A stretch of DNA of 39,887 bases from Atractiella rhizophila. Its lineage: Eukaryota. Made by a program: the position numbers and the translations under genes. The number at the start of each line of letters is the position of its first letter. Position 1 is the first letter of the stretch. Positions 21,332 to 34,298 of the stretch are shown piece after piece. The notes under the pieces were generated by a model that did no database searches, was not told the DNA's origin, and saw nothing but the letters and a program-made list of their open reading frames with translations. The DNA lies in NCBI GenBank assembly GCA_021432655.1, contig MU271289.1, positions 62,001-101,887 on the forward strand, given 5' to 3'.

Positions 21332-23820
21332 TCATCGCTTCGTTTTCCCCCGTCCCCGCCCTCGAGCGGCTGGTCCGCCCCCCCCTCCTTTCGTCTTCTT
21401 CGACACCGGCAGTCCCATGGAACCCAATGTTGAATTCGGTCCTCCCGCTTCATCCTCTCCGTCGCCTGTTTCCACATTCCCCCGCTTGGTCCCTCTGGGA
21501 GGAGATGTTGACGATGAATTCGCTGCAGGGAGCCCGTGTGACGGTGCTACAGGAGTCTGGGGCAAGCTCGGTATCCCTGAAGACGATATAATCCCGTTAA
21601 ACGGATGTCCCGGATGATTTGACCCCGCTGTAGCTTGCGGTTGAGTTGGCGGCGCATATGAGTGGTGGTGGAACATAGTTTGAGTCTGTGGTCGGTTTGC
21701 GGAAGGTGGTAGGGATGGAGGTTGGAGAGGTATTGATTGTGAATGGAGTTGAGACTGGTTCGAGAACGGCATTGTTGGGGGAGGCATCGAGTGAGATAGG
21801 AGACCAGTTTGTGGTGGTGGATGATTGTGAGGAAGTGGTGCCGGACGAGGGGGATCTTTCATGCGCGAAATTTTCGTGCGAATGCGGGAAACGCTCTTTT
21901 CCGCTACTCGATCGAGTCTATCCAACAGTTTTGAGATGTTCTCATCACTCAGATCGATTTCTGGATTCTGTTTGCGCAGTTCCGCAATATCGTTTGCGAC
22001 GAACTCGCAATACGCCTTCGTAGCAGCTACAGTTCAAAATTCAGTGAAATTTACACGAAAGATAATGGAAGGACGCACCCAAAGGATCCATCGTTGCATG
22101 GTCTTTTGACCAAGCGAACACAGGGCGCATCTTGTGAAACGTTTCCGCCATATGTAGCTGGGCGTAGATCGTAGGTGAGACTCCCCAAGGACCTGTTGGA
22201 TTCTCAGGAATCATTTGCTGGATCTCGCTCATTGTGCTCTGTAGTGACCCGCTGCTGCTGGATCCGATGCTCCGACTTGCTGGCGGTTGCTTGACTTGAT
22301 AGCAAAAATGGTATCCTTGCGAAGCCGTGAATTCCAGAAACGACAACCTCAAAACAAACGATCGCGGCGATAGGGGGCTCCCAGCGAGGTCAACCTCATT
22401 TGGTAGCGCGGGTTGTCGAGAGAAACGAAATCTCAGCGTTCCCACCTGCTCCGTGATTGCTCCCATCTCATACTTCTGAACCAGCGTCCCCTTGCCTTCG
22501 AGCATTCGTCCCAAATACTTCATGGTTCTGTCTTCGCTGCACCAAACTACTTGCTCGACGACTTCTGACTCCAGCTGGAAGTTGAGATGGCGAACTTTGT
22601 CCTTGTGCATCTTCGAAAAGAGTTGTGGCAGAATGGAGAAGTAGGCACGAAACATAGCGGTATCGTTCGTGTCAATGTTGTAGAGATTGAACACTGCCTT
22701 CGCGTCCGTAGCAAAGAAGCGTTGACAAAGCTCTCTAAAATCTTCAATTCTTCCACCATCCTACCGCCAAATCATCATCAAAGAATCAGAGCTAGTAAAA
22801 TATCTCACCCTGAACACTTTGTTCAAAGCTAGATTAAAGTTACTGACTAGAGCAAGGCCATCACTTGGCGGCACAGGAGCGCACTCGATTGTGGAATCAT
22901 CTCTGTCACGCAACAGTCAAGCCATAGTTAACCCCCACTTCAGCTTGAACAAACACGCATACGTACTCAATGCGAGGCGGCGCGGACTCAGGCAGCATCG
23001 ACATCGCTGACGGATGGCCGCTCAAGATCTCCAATATATTTCCCTGTCTTGCGTTAGCTTCTTTCGCTTGCGCTTCTAACGCCTCTGCCTTCTGCATATT
23101 CTTGTCACCCATGGTCTGATAGACCCGAGCATGCAGCATCTGATCCTGTGACCTTGGCCCGATCGGTCTGCCATTCGCTGCATTCACAGATGTCGGTTGC
23201 GGTTGTGGTCCCTGAGGAGGAGGCGGACCGGGCTGTGAGCCGCCAGCGGAGGTTATAGGAGGAGGAGGGGGATGGGGATGATGTTGAACAGGGTGTTGTT
23301 GCGGTTGAGCGGGGTATGGAGGTCGATTTTGCGGCGGCATCATGTTCATTCTTGGTGTAGGTGGCGGATTCGCATGAGCGGGTGAATTGCTGTGGAAGGT
23401 CGGGGACGATTGCGGTACGTTGGCGTTCTGATTTGCTTGGGCTTGCGCCTGTGCCTGAGCCTGAGCTGAAGCATATAGCTGCTGAGCCCGAGCTTGATTG
23501 AGTTGACCGTATGCCCTTTGTTTCTGGGCTTCGGAGAGCATGCCCTGGTTTGTATTCGGTCCGAGAGTCAAGTGAGGGGGATGTGGATGCGGGTGCGGGT
23601 GGGCTCTTGCTGGACCTGGATACTGCTGGTGTTGCCCATAACCTTGCGGCGGGGCTACGGGGTATGTAGGAATCGAGCTTGGGGGTATTCCCAACGCTTG
23701 CTGGGCGGAGCCGTGAGGAGAGTGAGCATAGGGGTTCATCGGATTTGATGGCGTTGGCCCTGAGTGTGGATGAAGAGCTGGTGGCGGGTGGGAAACGTTG
23801 GGAAGAGGTTGTGCCATCAT
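21332..23820 (-). CDS. LIM-domain-binding (LDB1/SEUSS; fungal Mfg1/PtaB/Adn1-like) transcriptional co-regulator
   Basis: Pro/Gln/His-rich N-terminus; central domain with WWKN..F, FSILPQLF and PENPTGPWGVSPTIYAQLHMAETFHKMRPVF; low-complexity basic C-terminus. Confidence 0.65.
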
Positions 23821-25027
23821 GAGGGCAGGCTGATCAGGGTCGTCAGGAGAGGCGAATGCCGTGTATTGACGAGTTTGGGAGGAGATAGATCGGGAGGAAC
23901 CTGTAGTCGGGCAAAAGAACCGTAAGAAACGAGATGTAGAGATAAAGATTTAGTTATTGAAGACCTGGTGAACAGAACAACGCAAATTGCAAGCAACAAT
24001 ATTTGCACTTCACTGGACATGCGTCGCTCGGAAGTTTAGATACTTTTATTCCACCAAATCACCTCAAATGCCGTTCCACCCTTCTATTTCCACGATAAGG
24101 CAAGTTGATAGAGAACAAAATGAAGCGGGGTTCATTTGTGGCGATTTCAAATTAGTCCAACAAAGTACTCCAAGCAACCGCAAACAATGCCTCACATCAG
24201 ACGATAAGCATTCAATTTATAAGCCAATCAAAATATCAACCCGACATGCATGACAGGAGATTGAATAATGAGAGAAAGCACAACGTGGATTCGACACAGG
24301 CAACTTCCCGGAGAAGTTAACGTCCACTTCTAAGCAAAAGACAATTCGCAACACATGTTAGTCGTAATTGCGTGCTTAGAACCGCACTCCAAAGGAGGGA
24401 AAAGCTGGGACTTGAACGTCCTCAAAGTGTAACGAGCGCACGTAATCTGAACTGAATTTGTGAAAAAGTCGCGAGGATGGCAGTAGGAGTTACGGTTCGA
24501 GGTGACAGAGCTTAATGACTCTGGCGCCTCGTCACCTCTCAAGAATGGCCAAATATGATGGACCAATGAATAGAAGTCCAGAAAATGTGACTTGATTCAC
24601 GAGCGGAACAGCGCAGACGGTCACAACGACATGCCTCCCCACACTCCCGGCAATCCCTATCACACAAAATGCTCACCCAGTTCCTCTCTCCACTTGTTGG
24701 TGCCTCTATCTTCGAATCAATTTCTTGACAGTGATACAACACTTCCTAGTCCCTGAATCCGACACTCGACGGCTTGGTGGTAAATCAAGACGAATCAAAC
24801 TCTTTGTTCTCCGTCAAGACCACGTGCGTCAGAAAAATTCGTTCTAGGTGACTTGTGAGGGGAACCTTCTGGGCGGTGAGGATATCGAAGCGTGCGACGT
24901 GCTGCTAAAGGGTGTTGGAGGCTTTGGGATGCAGGCGCGGATCGACTGGCGGATCTGGGCAAGAGAATGAAAGCAGTCTGCCGAAGTTTGAGTTTCATTA
25001 GTACTTTCCTATCTTGGACATTATAGC

Positions 25028-25037
25028 ATCACGTGAT
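25028..25037. promoter_or_regulatory. Palindromic E-box ATCACGTGAT (Cbf1/bHLH-type site) about 90 bp upstream of the ARO7 start
   Basis: Perfect 10-bp palindrome matching RTCACGTG in a promoter-proximal position; function not shown. Confidence 0.35.
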
Positions 25038-25123
25038 CAATTTGAGAAGTGTTCCCGAAAGAAAGAATATTGATCGAATTCCAGTGATTTCGGCTCTAGA
25101 ACGTCTCATATTATTGGCTGGAA

Positions 25124-26285
25124 ATGTCTGTCAACTTCTTTTCCAAAGACCCCCTCGATCTCTCGGCCATACGCGCCACGCTCATCCGCCTCGAGGACAC
25201 TATTATCTTTTCCCTTATCGAAAGAGCACAGTTCTCTCATAACCCAAACATGTACAAGCCCACGAGAGAAATCCCACAGTTCAAAGATATGGATTTTGAC
25301 GGGACCTGGTTGGACTGGTTTCTCGCAGAGACAGAGGCAGTCCATGGTGCGTTCCTGCATTCCGTTGAGCTCGAAAGCAGGGGCTGATCACTACCTATGT
25401 GGAACAGCCAAGTGTAGACGGTATGAGAGGTATGTAAAATTATATCTATTGTTTAAAATATCATGCGAATGCATTATTCAGCCCGGACGAACACCCCTTC
25501 ACGGAGCGCTCCAAGCTCCCAAACGCGATCCTTCCAGCCATCAACTATCCGACGGTCTTGCATCCTCAAGCTTCAGAACACGTCAACGTGAATGGAGAGA
25601 TCACAAAGTTCTACATCGATCGCATCGTACCTAATATCACGAAGGAAGCCACTGCAGCCCTGGGTGGTGGTTCAGATGATGATGGTGCGGCTGCCCTTTC
25701 CTGGAGTTGCAAGTGTTTAAGTATTATTAAATCAACTTAGGGAACTATGGGAGCGCTGTTACGAGAGACATTGAATGTTTGCAGGCTTTAAGTCGGAGGA
25801 TCCACTTCGGTTCGTCCTCTTCAACGAGCTCTGAAAGCAGCTGATAACCTGCGAAACAGGCATGTTCGTGTCAGAATCCAAATTTCGAGACAAGCCCTCC
25901 GACTTCATCCCGCACATCGAACTAGCGAAAATATCTTCACCATCATCAGAAGAATATAAAGCAAGTTACTCTGCACTCGATAACCTCATATATAAGCCAG
26001 CAGTCGAAGCTGCTCTGCTGAAGCGATTGGCGAAGAAGGCACGGATATATGGGAGCGATTTGAATACAGAGAGTGGGAGTGCGGAGGAAGCGGCGCTGAA
26101 GGTTGATGTTGAGGAAGTGGTTGGGTTATACAAGGATTGGGTCATTCCATTGACAAAGAAAGTCGAGGTTAGCCTTTTTCATCTTCCTTGACGTTCTTAA
26201 GACCGTTTGGGTACAGGTTGATTATCTCCTGAGACGGCTAGAAGGTTTGTCTGCAGAAGAGATCGAAAAACTGCGAAGTATGTAA
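25124..26285 (+). CDS. ARO7: Chorismate mutase (eukaryotic AroQ type), multi-exon
   Basis: [87 protein letters not shown]. Confidence 0.97.
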
Positions 26286-27052
26286 AACATCAACGGATGA
26301 AGCGGTACAATGCCTTTCTTTAACATTGCGAAGTCGATTGCCCAAATGGTTCCACAATTAATGGTTTGTGGCGTGACATCCCGCAACACGCGGGACTGAT
26401 CACCATATATGGCTTTGGCTCCCGAGTCTTCAATAGGCACTTGGGAAGTTCTTATCCAGACAAGCTTTCTTCATATTTCTTCTTGATGGCCACGAGTCAG
26501 CATCTGGTAGCGGAAGCTACAGTGATGAATATTCGATAATTTTTGACAATAATGTGGTGTGCCAACAAACAATCACCATAAGAACGTCCGAGAAGGGGTA
26601 TTTCGAACTTCAGCAAGGCGTCTCGGGCTGTTGACAAAATAATTTTTTCGTTCTCATTATATCGCCTACCCTGCTAAGAAGATGGGAACCACGACTTTCA
26701 AATTCTTCTCTTCGTAACCATGTTGCCTTTGCACTGGCCGATCAACTTGCTGTCCGTTTCTATGCTCTATGGAGTGAGTAGCGGATTGGGCTGCTTTGTG
26801 GACGATGTCCATTAAGGACTAAACCTTCGTGACAGATAAGATCGACAACGCGATTTATATCCTGCTTCATGATAAGGCAATGTCAGGCGACTCTGATTGT
26901 TTCCTTCATAGAGCGTGATAATCTGGGCGTTGATGAGGAATGTAGAAAACGCTTGAGGCAGTTAAATAATTCTAGTTAGAGTGTTGACGAACGGCATATC
27001 CTTCCGAACCATGTAAACGAAGATCGACTTGAACTTGAACGAGATGTGGAGG

Positions 27053-29300
27053 TCAGCCCATATTCCATCGCCTTACTCCAGGCCTCCTCCGATCTCTTTT
27101 CTCACCCTCCCTCCAACTATCCGATTCATCCGGAACCTCCCAATTCCACGCCTTGCCCTTTCCTCCTCTGAGTTCTACAACATTCTCTAATTCCTTCTCC
27201 TTGCCTTTACCTACCATGACAAAAGCTCTATCCTCAGTCGCAGCCCAGAACACTCCGAGACCTTTCATCTGCCCTTCTGTATCGCACAGCGCAACCACAG
27301 TCCCCAGCATGGCAGCGAGTTTGTCATTCTCTGGCAGTTCTGCAGAGGTCATGGTGACAAGGCGTAGGTTCCTGAGGGGCAAGGAGTAAATATGCGATTT
27401 TGGCCGAAAGTGTGCGTAAAGCGCAAGAGAGCGGAGAAGTGGAGGCGGCCAACGGGGGGAAAGTGGCGAGGGGAGCAAGCTGTAGAGTTCCTTTGCAATT
27501 GTGGAGGATGGAGGACGCGATGAGTGGGGACAATCAAGTTCCCATGGTTCGAGAAATCTGCCTCTGACAGTAGGACGAACAAGGTCGTCTATAAATCGAA
27601 CCAAATCACCACCCAGACCTTTATTCCACCCATGTGTATTGACGACAAGAGGGACAAAATCCTTTCTTTTTTTCCTCAAGGGTGTTTCAGTAACCGGCGT
27701 AGCAACGTCTTCCATCCAATGAGGTATTCGATTGTCCTCCTCTTCCGATGTTCCATACTGCACTTCTGCGACATACAGTTGAAAGCACTCCTCAATTGCT
27801 TTCTGGTAGGTGAGTGGAAAGTCAGATGGAGAGTGGACACCCAGCCAGACCGCCTTTCTGATCTGCCATCCATCGAAGTCCGTCCATGACGGGCCTATGC
27901 ACGGGTTGGGTAAGTGGATTTCAACCGGGCGTGAATGCAGTGGACGGACCAATGACAGGCGTGGATCTTACTGCCAGACTCACACAACCTCCTCCGGCTC
28001 CTATTTCTCCTTGCCCCAAGTCAGTCTCGAGCCAAGCCACGCGTTCATAGCTTCCAAATCTGAAAGTCAATACCCCACTTCCCAAAAGTTCGACACACTA
28101 ACCGAGTCAACAAGGTGTTCACGGCCTCACGATTGAAAGTGCTCTTTCCTACTCGCCTCGCACCAGTAATGAAGACAGTGAGTCGGTCGTCCTTCTCTTC
28201 CAGATCGTTTAGGCAAGAGGTCCACGACTCGTGCTGAGATGCAGGAATAACAGGAGGGTGAGGCGGGAAAGACATGCCTGATACCTACCCCCCCATTAGT
28301 CACAGAAAGCAAGTAGTGAAATAGGCATTACAATTCCCCAGCAATGAGCGCGAGAGGATAGAGCGATAAACTGCTCCTCGAGGAATGCAGGCAGCGGCCA
28401 AATACCCCCACGGCGTTGTAAGGATTCCTCCAGATATTCCAAAGCATTGCCGGAGTCTTTGAGGGATATGATGCAGGTGAAGGTGCCTTGTAAGTTCGAA
28501 TGTGTGAATGCCTCAAGGTCATATTCGCTCCCTTTAGGATGTGCAAGGACGGGAAGTGGGCTGTTCAGTGGTGCGGCTATTTGGAACGTCTCGGCGGTAT
28601 TTGAGAGCTTTCGATTGTAGGAGTAGCAATTGATTTTGAGAGTGCCCGATAAGACAGATATTTCTAGATTGCCACAGACCACGAGAGACTAAGTAACGGT
28701 TGAGTTTCACTAGTCAATAATGGTGGAGAACTTTACTTCAGCAGTCTTCAATCCAATGAGAACTACTTCCTCCTCTTCTACATTAAGCCGTGAGAAGTTC
28801 ACCCCATCTTGTGGCTGCCATTTCGAAAACTCGTACTGCGCAGGCGGTGGAGGAGAAAGTGGGCGACGGGCAACAGGAAAGGCATCATCAATTGATCTAG
28901 CATCATCAAGAGCAGACGGTGGTCTTGAAGGTTGTAGTTGTTGAGAATTGGGTATAACTGTCGGAGCGTAATATCTCCCCTTCTTCAGATCCTTCTTTCG
29001 ACGCTGTCGCTTTGGAGATCTCGTTACTAAGGTTGCCGTGAGTTCAGCATCTTGTCTATCAGGCGTTTCAACCTCATCATTCTCTGAAGATGAGGAAGAG
29101 TCAGAGGATGGTACTGATCGTTGGGGGGAGCGAGATACAGTCGGTGATGCAAACGAGAGGGACTGAGAAATGTCTTCTTGTTGTTGCAATTTTCGGAACG
29201 CTAAAGCAGACATCGGAACTGATGATTGGCTGGGGATGACTGGTTGGGAGGCTGGTGGAGCGGAAGGGGGTGAATCGTGGTGTAATTTTCGCTTCTTCAT
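27053..29300 (-). CDS. GRC3: Polynucleotide 5'-hydroxyl kinase Grc3/Nol9 (Clp1 family)
   Basis: P-loop ITGARRVGKSTFNREAVNTLL, a DLGQ-type segment, PCIGPSWT, WLGVHSP and PLVVNTHGWNKGLG; low-complexity N-terminus with MSALAFRK. Confidence 0.88.
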
Positions 29301-30197
29301 TTTTAGAGGCTAAATATTCCACTGTGAGTAAGGATATCGACTGCGAGCTGGCTTTTGGCTCAAGGAGAAATCAGGGTTTGAATGGCTTGGGAACTAAGAA
29401 TTGTCCAGACGAACACGCTTCGCATAACTGAAACTTGAATTCATCTTGCCAGCTTGCGGCGCGCTTTGCCTTATTTCCAACTCCTTCTTTCAGTCCCAGT
29501 CATCTTTTTCAGGTTACATAAAATCTCAAACAGTCTACCAATACTCATCTCCTTTCAATCAGGTTGTAAGTGCGAGCTCTAAGAAAAGAAAATGCACAAT
29601 AGGCTGTGCGTGAGCTTTGATTTATAGCTTTGCAGGATCTCAGACATCAGCCATGGCATTGACATCGATATGAAGGTCTATCAATATGGATGTTAAGCGT
29701 GAAAAGCGATGGAACAGAGGCATTTTAGTTACCATGGAACGTGGCTGTACAGAGCTTCAAAAACCATCTAAGGTGTTCACATTAAATGCGGAATTGCTGA
29801 AGATGTTGTGCCATAAACGCATCTCAAGCAATGCTCTATAACAAGAATATCGAGAAAAACAACTTCAAATTGAAACACGCCTAAGATCATCACAAGGAAG
29901 AACTCACTCCCTGTACCAAGCGGTAGATATTCTCTCACACAAATAGCTCTCTTCTGCGCACTGTCAGCCAAAGATACACTGCAGAAGATACACTGCAGAC
30001 AGTACACAAAAATCTTGTGAAACAAGGTTCGGGCCGTTCGATCAGATGCGACACCAACCTATAGGCACTTCCTTACCTGACAGTACTTTGAGGCTATTCA
30101 ATGTACAGACGACCTTCTTTCATTGGTTGGTGCCGAAGGAACGAGGGACGAGCTAAAACTCAAGTTCGAGTTTTAACAAGCCAGTAGTAGCAAATGG

Positions 30198-32923
30198 TCA
30201 TGTAAATTCATTTGCCATTCGGATCTCGGCATTTTCCTCCAGCCACTCCATCCATTTCTTTAGATAATCGCTCCCTTTCGATACCGTTGAGGAATCCCCT
30301 ACCACTGCAAGGTGTCTGTGCCATGTTCAGCTGAAGGAAGAGACAAGGTCCTGGTCTTACCGTTTGGCACGGGTCATAGCCACATTTAGGCGGCGCTTTT
30401 CTTTCAGAAAGCCTACTTCTCTCTAACAAGACTAGTTAGTTGTTCCGACGCATTGAAAGAGAGCGTACTTCTGAGTTCGATCGCACAAGTGTGACGATGA
30501 CTGCCTCCTTCTCCCGGCCTTGAAATCCGTCAATAGACCCAATTTCTAACTCTGGGTATCGTAATCTAAGGAGCGAAGACAGCAAAGCCACTTGAGCATT
30601 GTAAGGAGATATGATCGCAATTGCGGAAGGAGGAATTTTCGCTTCAATCTGCTTCCTGGTTGTGACGATGGCTGAGAATGAAGGTATGCTCACCAAGGTC
30701 TCAACATGTGTGACGACCAACGAAGCTTCGTTTTCGTTGCTCTTCGAATCCGAATCGACAAGTAAATTTTTTTCATCCCCCTCTGACCGTTCATACATAT
30801 CTGTACCTGCAGCTGTAGTCTCGTCAAGTTTGTTGATCCAGATGTCAGATAATGAAGGTAGGGACGTACTATCGATGAAAAGAACAGGTTCACTCAGTGC
30901 CTCATCGTCTGAACCAGGTACAAGATCGCTCAACAATCGAAGTTTGACGCTCTCGTCACTGATGAGCTCGTTGTCGTACAGTACCTCTGAAGGGAAAGCG
31001 CAGATCTTTTCGTGCATCCGATATTGGACCTTTAGCATACGAGATATCGATTTTCCATGCCGTTTCAACAAACGGTCAAACATCGTGATCTCCAACGAAG
31101 TTGAAAACGGCAGAGGATCCGTGGACTTTGAAGGAATCGACAATGATTTAGATCCCGTTTCCACCCCTTTCTTCAAATCGTCTTTCTTGCCTTTTATCTT
31201 CTTGTCCTTAACTGAGCCAGCGGCGGCTTTGGTCTTGACCTTCTTCTCTTCCAGTCTATCTCGAGACTTCACAGTGGGCGGAAGTTGTAAATGGTCCCCC
31301 GCAAGAATAAGCTTCCTCCCTTTCAGAATGGGTATCCAACACGCAGGCTCGATTGCTTGTGCAGCTTCGTCGATGATGACCACGTCAAAGCTCTCGTTCT
31401 GGATTTGTCGACTTCCGGCACTGTAAATCCAAAATCAAGCTCAATTTCTTCGCAGTTTTTGGAGGAGAACAGTACCCGTGGCAGGTGCACAACACAATCT
31501 TGGCTCCACCAATGATCTCCTTCGTTACTCCCACTTCCCGTTTCCTATACCTATTGTCCAAAGCAGTAATGAATAAGGAATATACAGGAATAAGCGAAAA
31601 TTGACGTACTCTTTTCTCAAATCTCCAACCTGTTGCCATGCCTCCTTCCTAAACTTTCCTCGCAACTTTCCTCCCTTTAGCTCTGCCAAAGTCTTCTCAA
31701 GCTCATCTTTGACATCTTTCACTATTCTTTGCTTTTCTTTGTTAGCTGCCACATGTCTTCTTGGCGAGGAGGGGCGAAGACCTACTGGCCAGAGGAAGAG
31801 TTGGCTGTATTGTAGTCCAGAGTCGCCGTCAGAAGGGAGGGGAGAATGCGCGCGGGATGACCGAGACGGATGAGAGGTAGTTTGTGTGGTACGAGGCGTT
31901 CGAGCAAATTGTCTAGAAATACATACGGTCAATATGCTATTTGTCATGGTGAAACTAAGGGTGCTGCACCAACTGAAAGGTTCGAGCCGCCGCATACCAA
32001 GACTCTCATCCCCTTCGCATTTTCTGTGGGGGAAGGAGCTGGCGGCGCGACGAGCTGCCTAATAATTTCCACCAGGGTCTTTGTCTTTCCAGTCCCTTTG
32101 CCACCGTTCAGATTGCATTGTAGAAAAGTAACACGAAGTACCCGGTGGTCCATGAATTAGAGCCAGCTCGGGCTGGGCAAGAGCAAAGGCCACGGCTTCC
32201 TTCTGGCTGTCGTTCAATGTCGTATCTAAGAACTGGACTGGGGGTGGAGATTGTTGTGCTGGAGAGGGAGCAGAGAGGGAGAGGAGTACTGAGGTGAGTG
32301 AGGAAGGAGACGGTCTGGATGTCGTCTCTCCTGTTCCATCAACCCCCGCAAAAATGGATTGTAGTCGTTCGAGCGTCTTCACCATACGCGTGTGTACCAC
32401 CGTATTCGCCAACTTGAGTCTGCGATTGATTTAATTTCAGCCTGACGCTCTCAACAAAAGAAGGCGGAGGCGGAACTCACATTCTGCATCTCTCTGGAAG
32501 ATCTAATTCCTTTCCTCCCGTCCCCTTCTCTTCCACAACAACAGTAATCCTGCCCTCCTGCACCCTACTCACAACACCCTCAGCTCTATACTCTAGTTTT
32601 CCCTTCCCTCCCTTCTCTTTCTCCTCCTTCATATCAGTCACCCCCGCCAGATCGCCAACCCTAAAACTGGTGCCCAACTCTCTGCTGGAGGCACCGACCG
32701 CGCTCTCGCGCTCGAATTCAATGACAGTCTTTCCTCCAAGTCCAACGGAGAGTGACGAGACGGAGAGGTTGTTGAGTGCGAGACCGGCCCGTTCTAGTTC
32801 GCGCGCGGAGACGGAGGTGTGAAGGAGAGCCATCTCTGCGTTGTCGATCGAGTGCTCCTCTTCGAGGAGAGATAGAAGGTGGGCGAGGAAGGCGGAACAG
32901 GAAGAAGGCGTGGAGAAAGACAT
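30198..32923 (-). CDS. HCS1: Upf1-like SF1 helicase of the Hcs1/IGHMBP2 type
   Basis: LERAGLALNNL..VGLGGKT..FRVGD N-terminus; LNDSQKEAV, IHGPPG|TGKT, IIDEAAQA, LAGDHLQLPPT, QYRMH, SPYNAQV, DGFQGREKE, RRLNVAMTRAKR. Confidence 0.93.
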
Positions 32924-34298
32924 GGTAGTCTATTTGTGCGTAGATAAGGTCTGCATTGAGAGGTGATCAGTCGTGACTCTGTGGAGTTTTTGGAGGAGTT
33001 GTGATGGTGCGAACAACAAGCAATGCAGATCCCGCCACATCTTCAGTTCTTAATCACAACACACCTCCAGCATATGAAAATTAACACAATAGACCTGTTA
33101 TGCACACTCAAGACCCATCAACTAGAATCGTAGACTAGTGATTGACTTTGTGATATATAAATTCATGTTATGCGCAACTGAAGTGATCCAATCCAAATTG
33201 AAGAGTCCAACTAGCCCGAGGCACAATCTGAGACCAGATATTAGGGGTCAAAGTGCACAAGGGGGGATTTGCATAAGTGGCCCTATCGCTCAGATGCAAA
33301 ATACTTCAACACATAATGCATTCGGCAGGATGGAGAAAATGGGGAAGTGAAAGTCAGCCTAAGTGCTCCTGCAAATACCAGAAAATTAGTTCTGTGTGTC
33401 CATGGTATTTTCCGCTGTGTGACTACGTATATACGGAAGAGCAAGAACTTGAGTGTAGTAAATGGAACATATTTAATCCTCCTGTTTAAACAGATCAAAG
33501 AGGAAGGCATAAACACGAGGATTGCAAAGTCTGATTCTTGTAGGTGCCGACTCTGGCTCTCGAACCATTGGAATATATACTCGCGGTTTGGAACAACGGG
33601 GTAGGATCTCAAAAACGTGAAGTCCACTGAAGAACGGCAATGACAACCGAGTCCTAAGTGCTGCTGGACCCCTTCTCCAGTAGGGTCTCCCACGACCTGA
33701 TGATTACTCGTTTATATATCCTTCTAGCATGGCAATTCTGATGCTCTGAGCTCTGAGGATCCAGGCAGAAAGAGTCTGAAAGTCGTAGAACAACGACATG
33801 GCTGCCAGCTCAGATGTTGCAGGTCGAGCAAAGATGAATGAAGTAAGTTGGTACCGTGATATCATGATTCAATCTGGCACTCTCAGGGAAGCTATCTAGC
33901 CCAAGAAGTTCTCGTCTCTTGTACTACTGGACGAATGATTGGGAGAATCGATGTCAGCGACAACAACCTGGCCGCTCACCTCGTTGCAGTTGTTTCTCCC
34001 TATGAGGTTAAGCTCACCGACGAGCGTTAAACTGGTTTTCCCTATTCCCTGCCTTTCTCTGGTTCCCTCGATCTCAAACGATGAATGATCGACTGAATGT
34101 AGAACTAAACCAATACTAAGCATGCGGAGCTGACCGAACTGTAGTGGCAGCGGCGATAAGTCTACCACCTGCTTTGCTTTGCGACTTTGCGAGTCCCCAG
34201 CCAGCTTGAGACTCAGCAGCCAGCACAACAACTCCAGCAGCGCTCAGCCCGGCGCTCAGCCACAGCACTCATTAACACCTAACACTCACTACGCCACC

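Noticed and set aside
23430..23470. AQAQAQAQAQ repeat
   Set aside because: Ordinary low-complexity coding sequence with varied codons in a transcriptional co-regulator.
24280..24330. GGATTCGACAC resembling a tRNA T-loop
   Set aside because: No acceptor, D or anticodon stems around it.
29972..29999. 14-bp direct repeat AGATACACTGCAGA x2
   Set aside because: Two units only; a simple slippage duplication, not an array.
30611..31426. 271-aa + strand ORF, and similar long antisense ORFs at 7687-8493, 12724-13194 and 35303-35842
   Set aside because: Antisense shadows of well-supported genes, with no recognisable motifs.
27053..32923. GRC3 and HCS1 forming an RNA-processing cluster with the RNA-repair gene
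   Set aside because: Both are ubiquitous housekeeping genes more than 17 kb away with unrelated genes between; nothing supports functional clustering.
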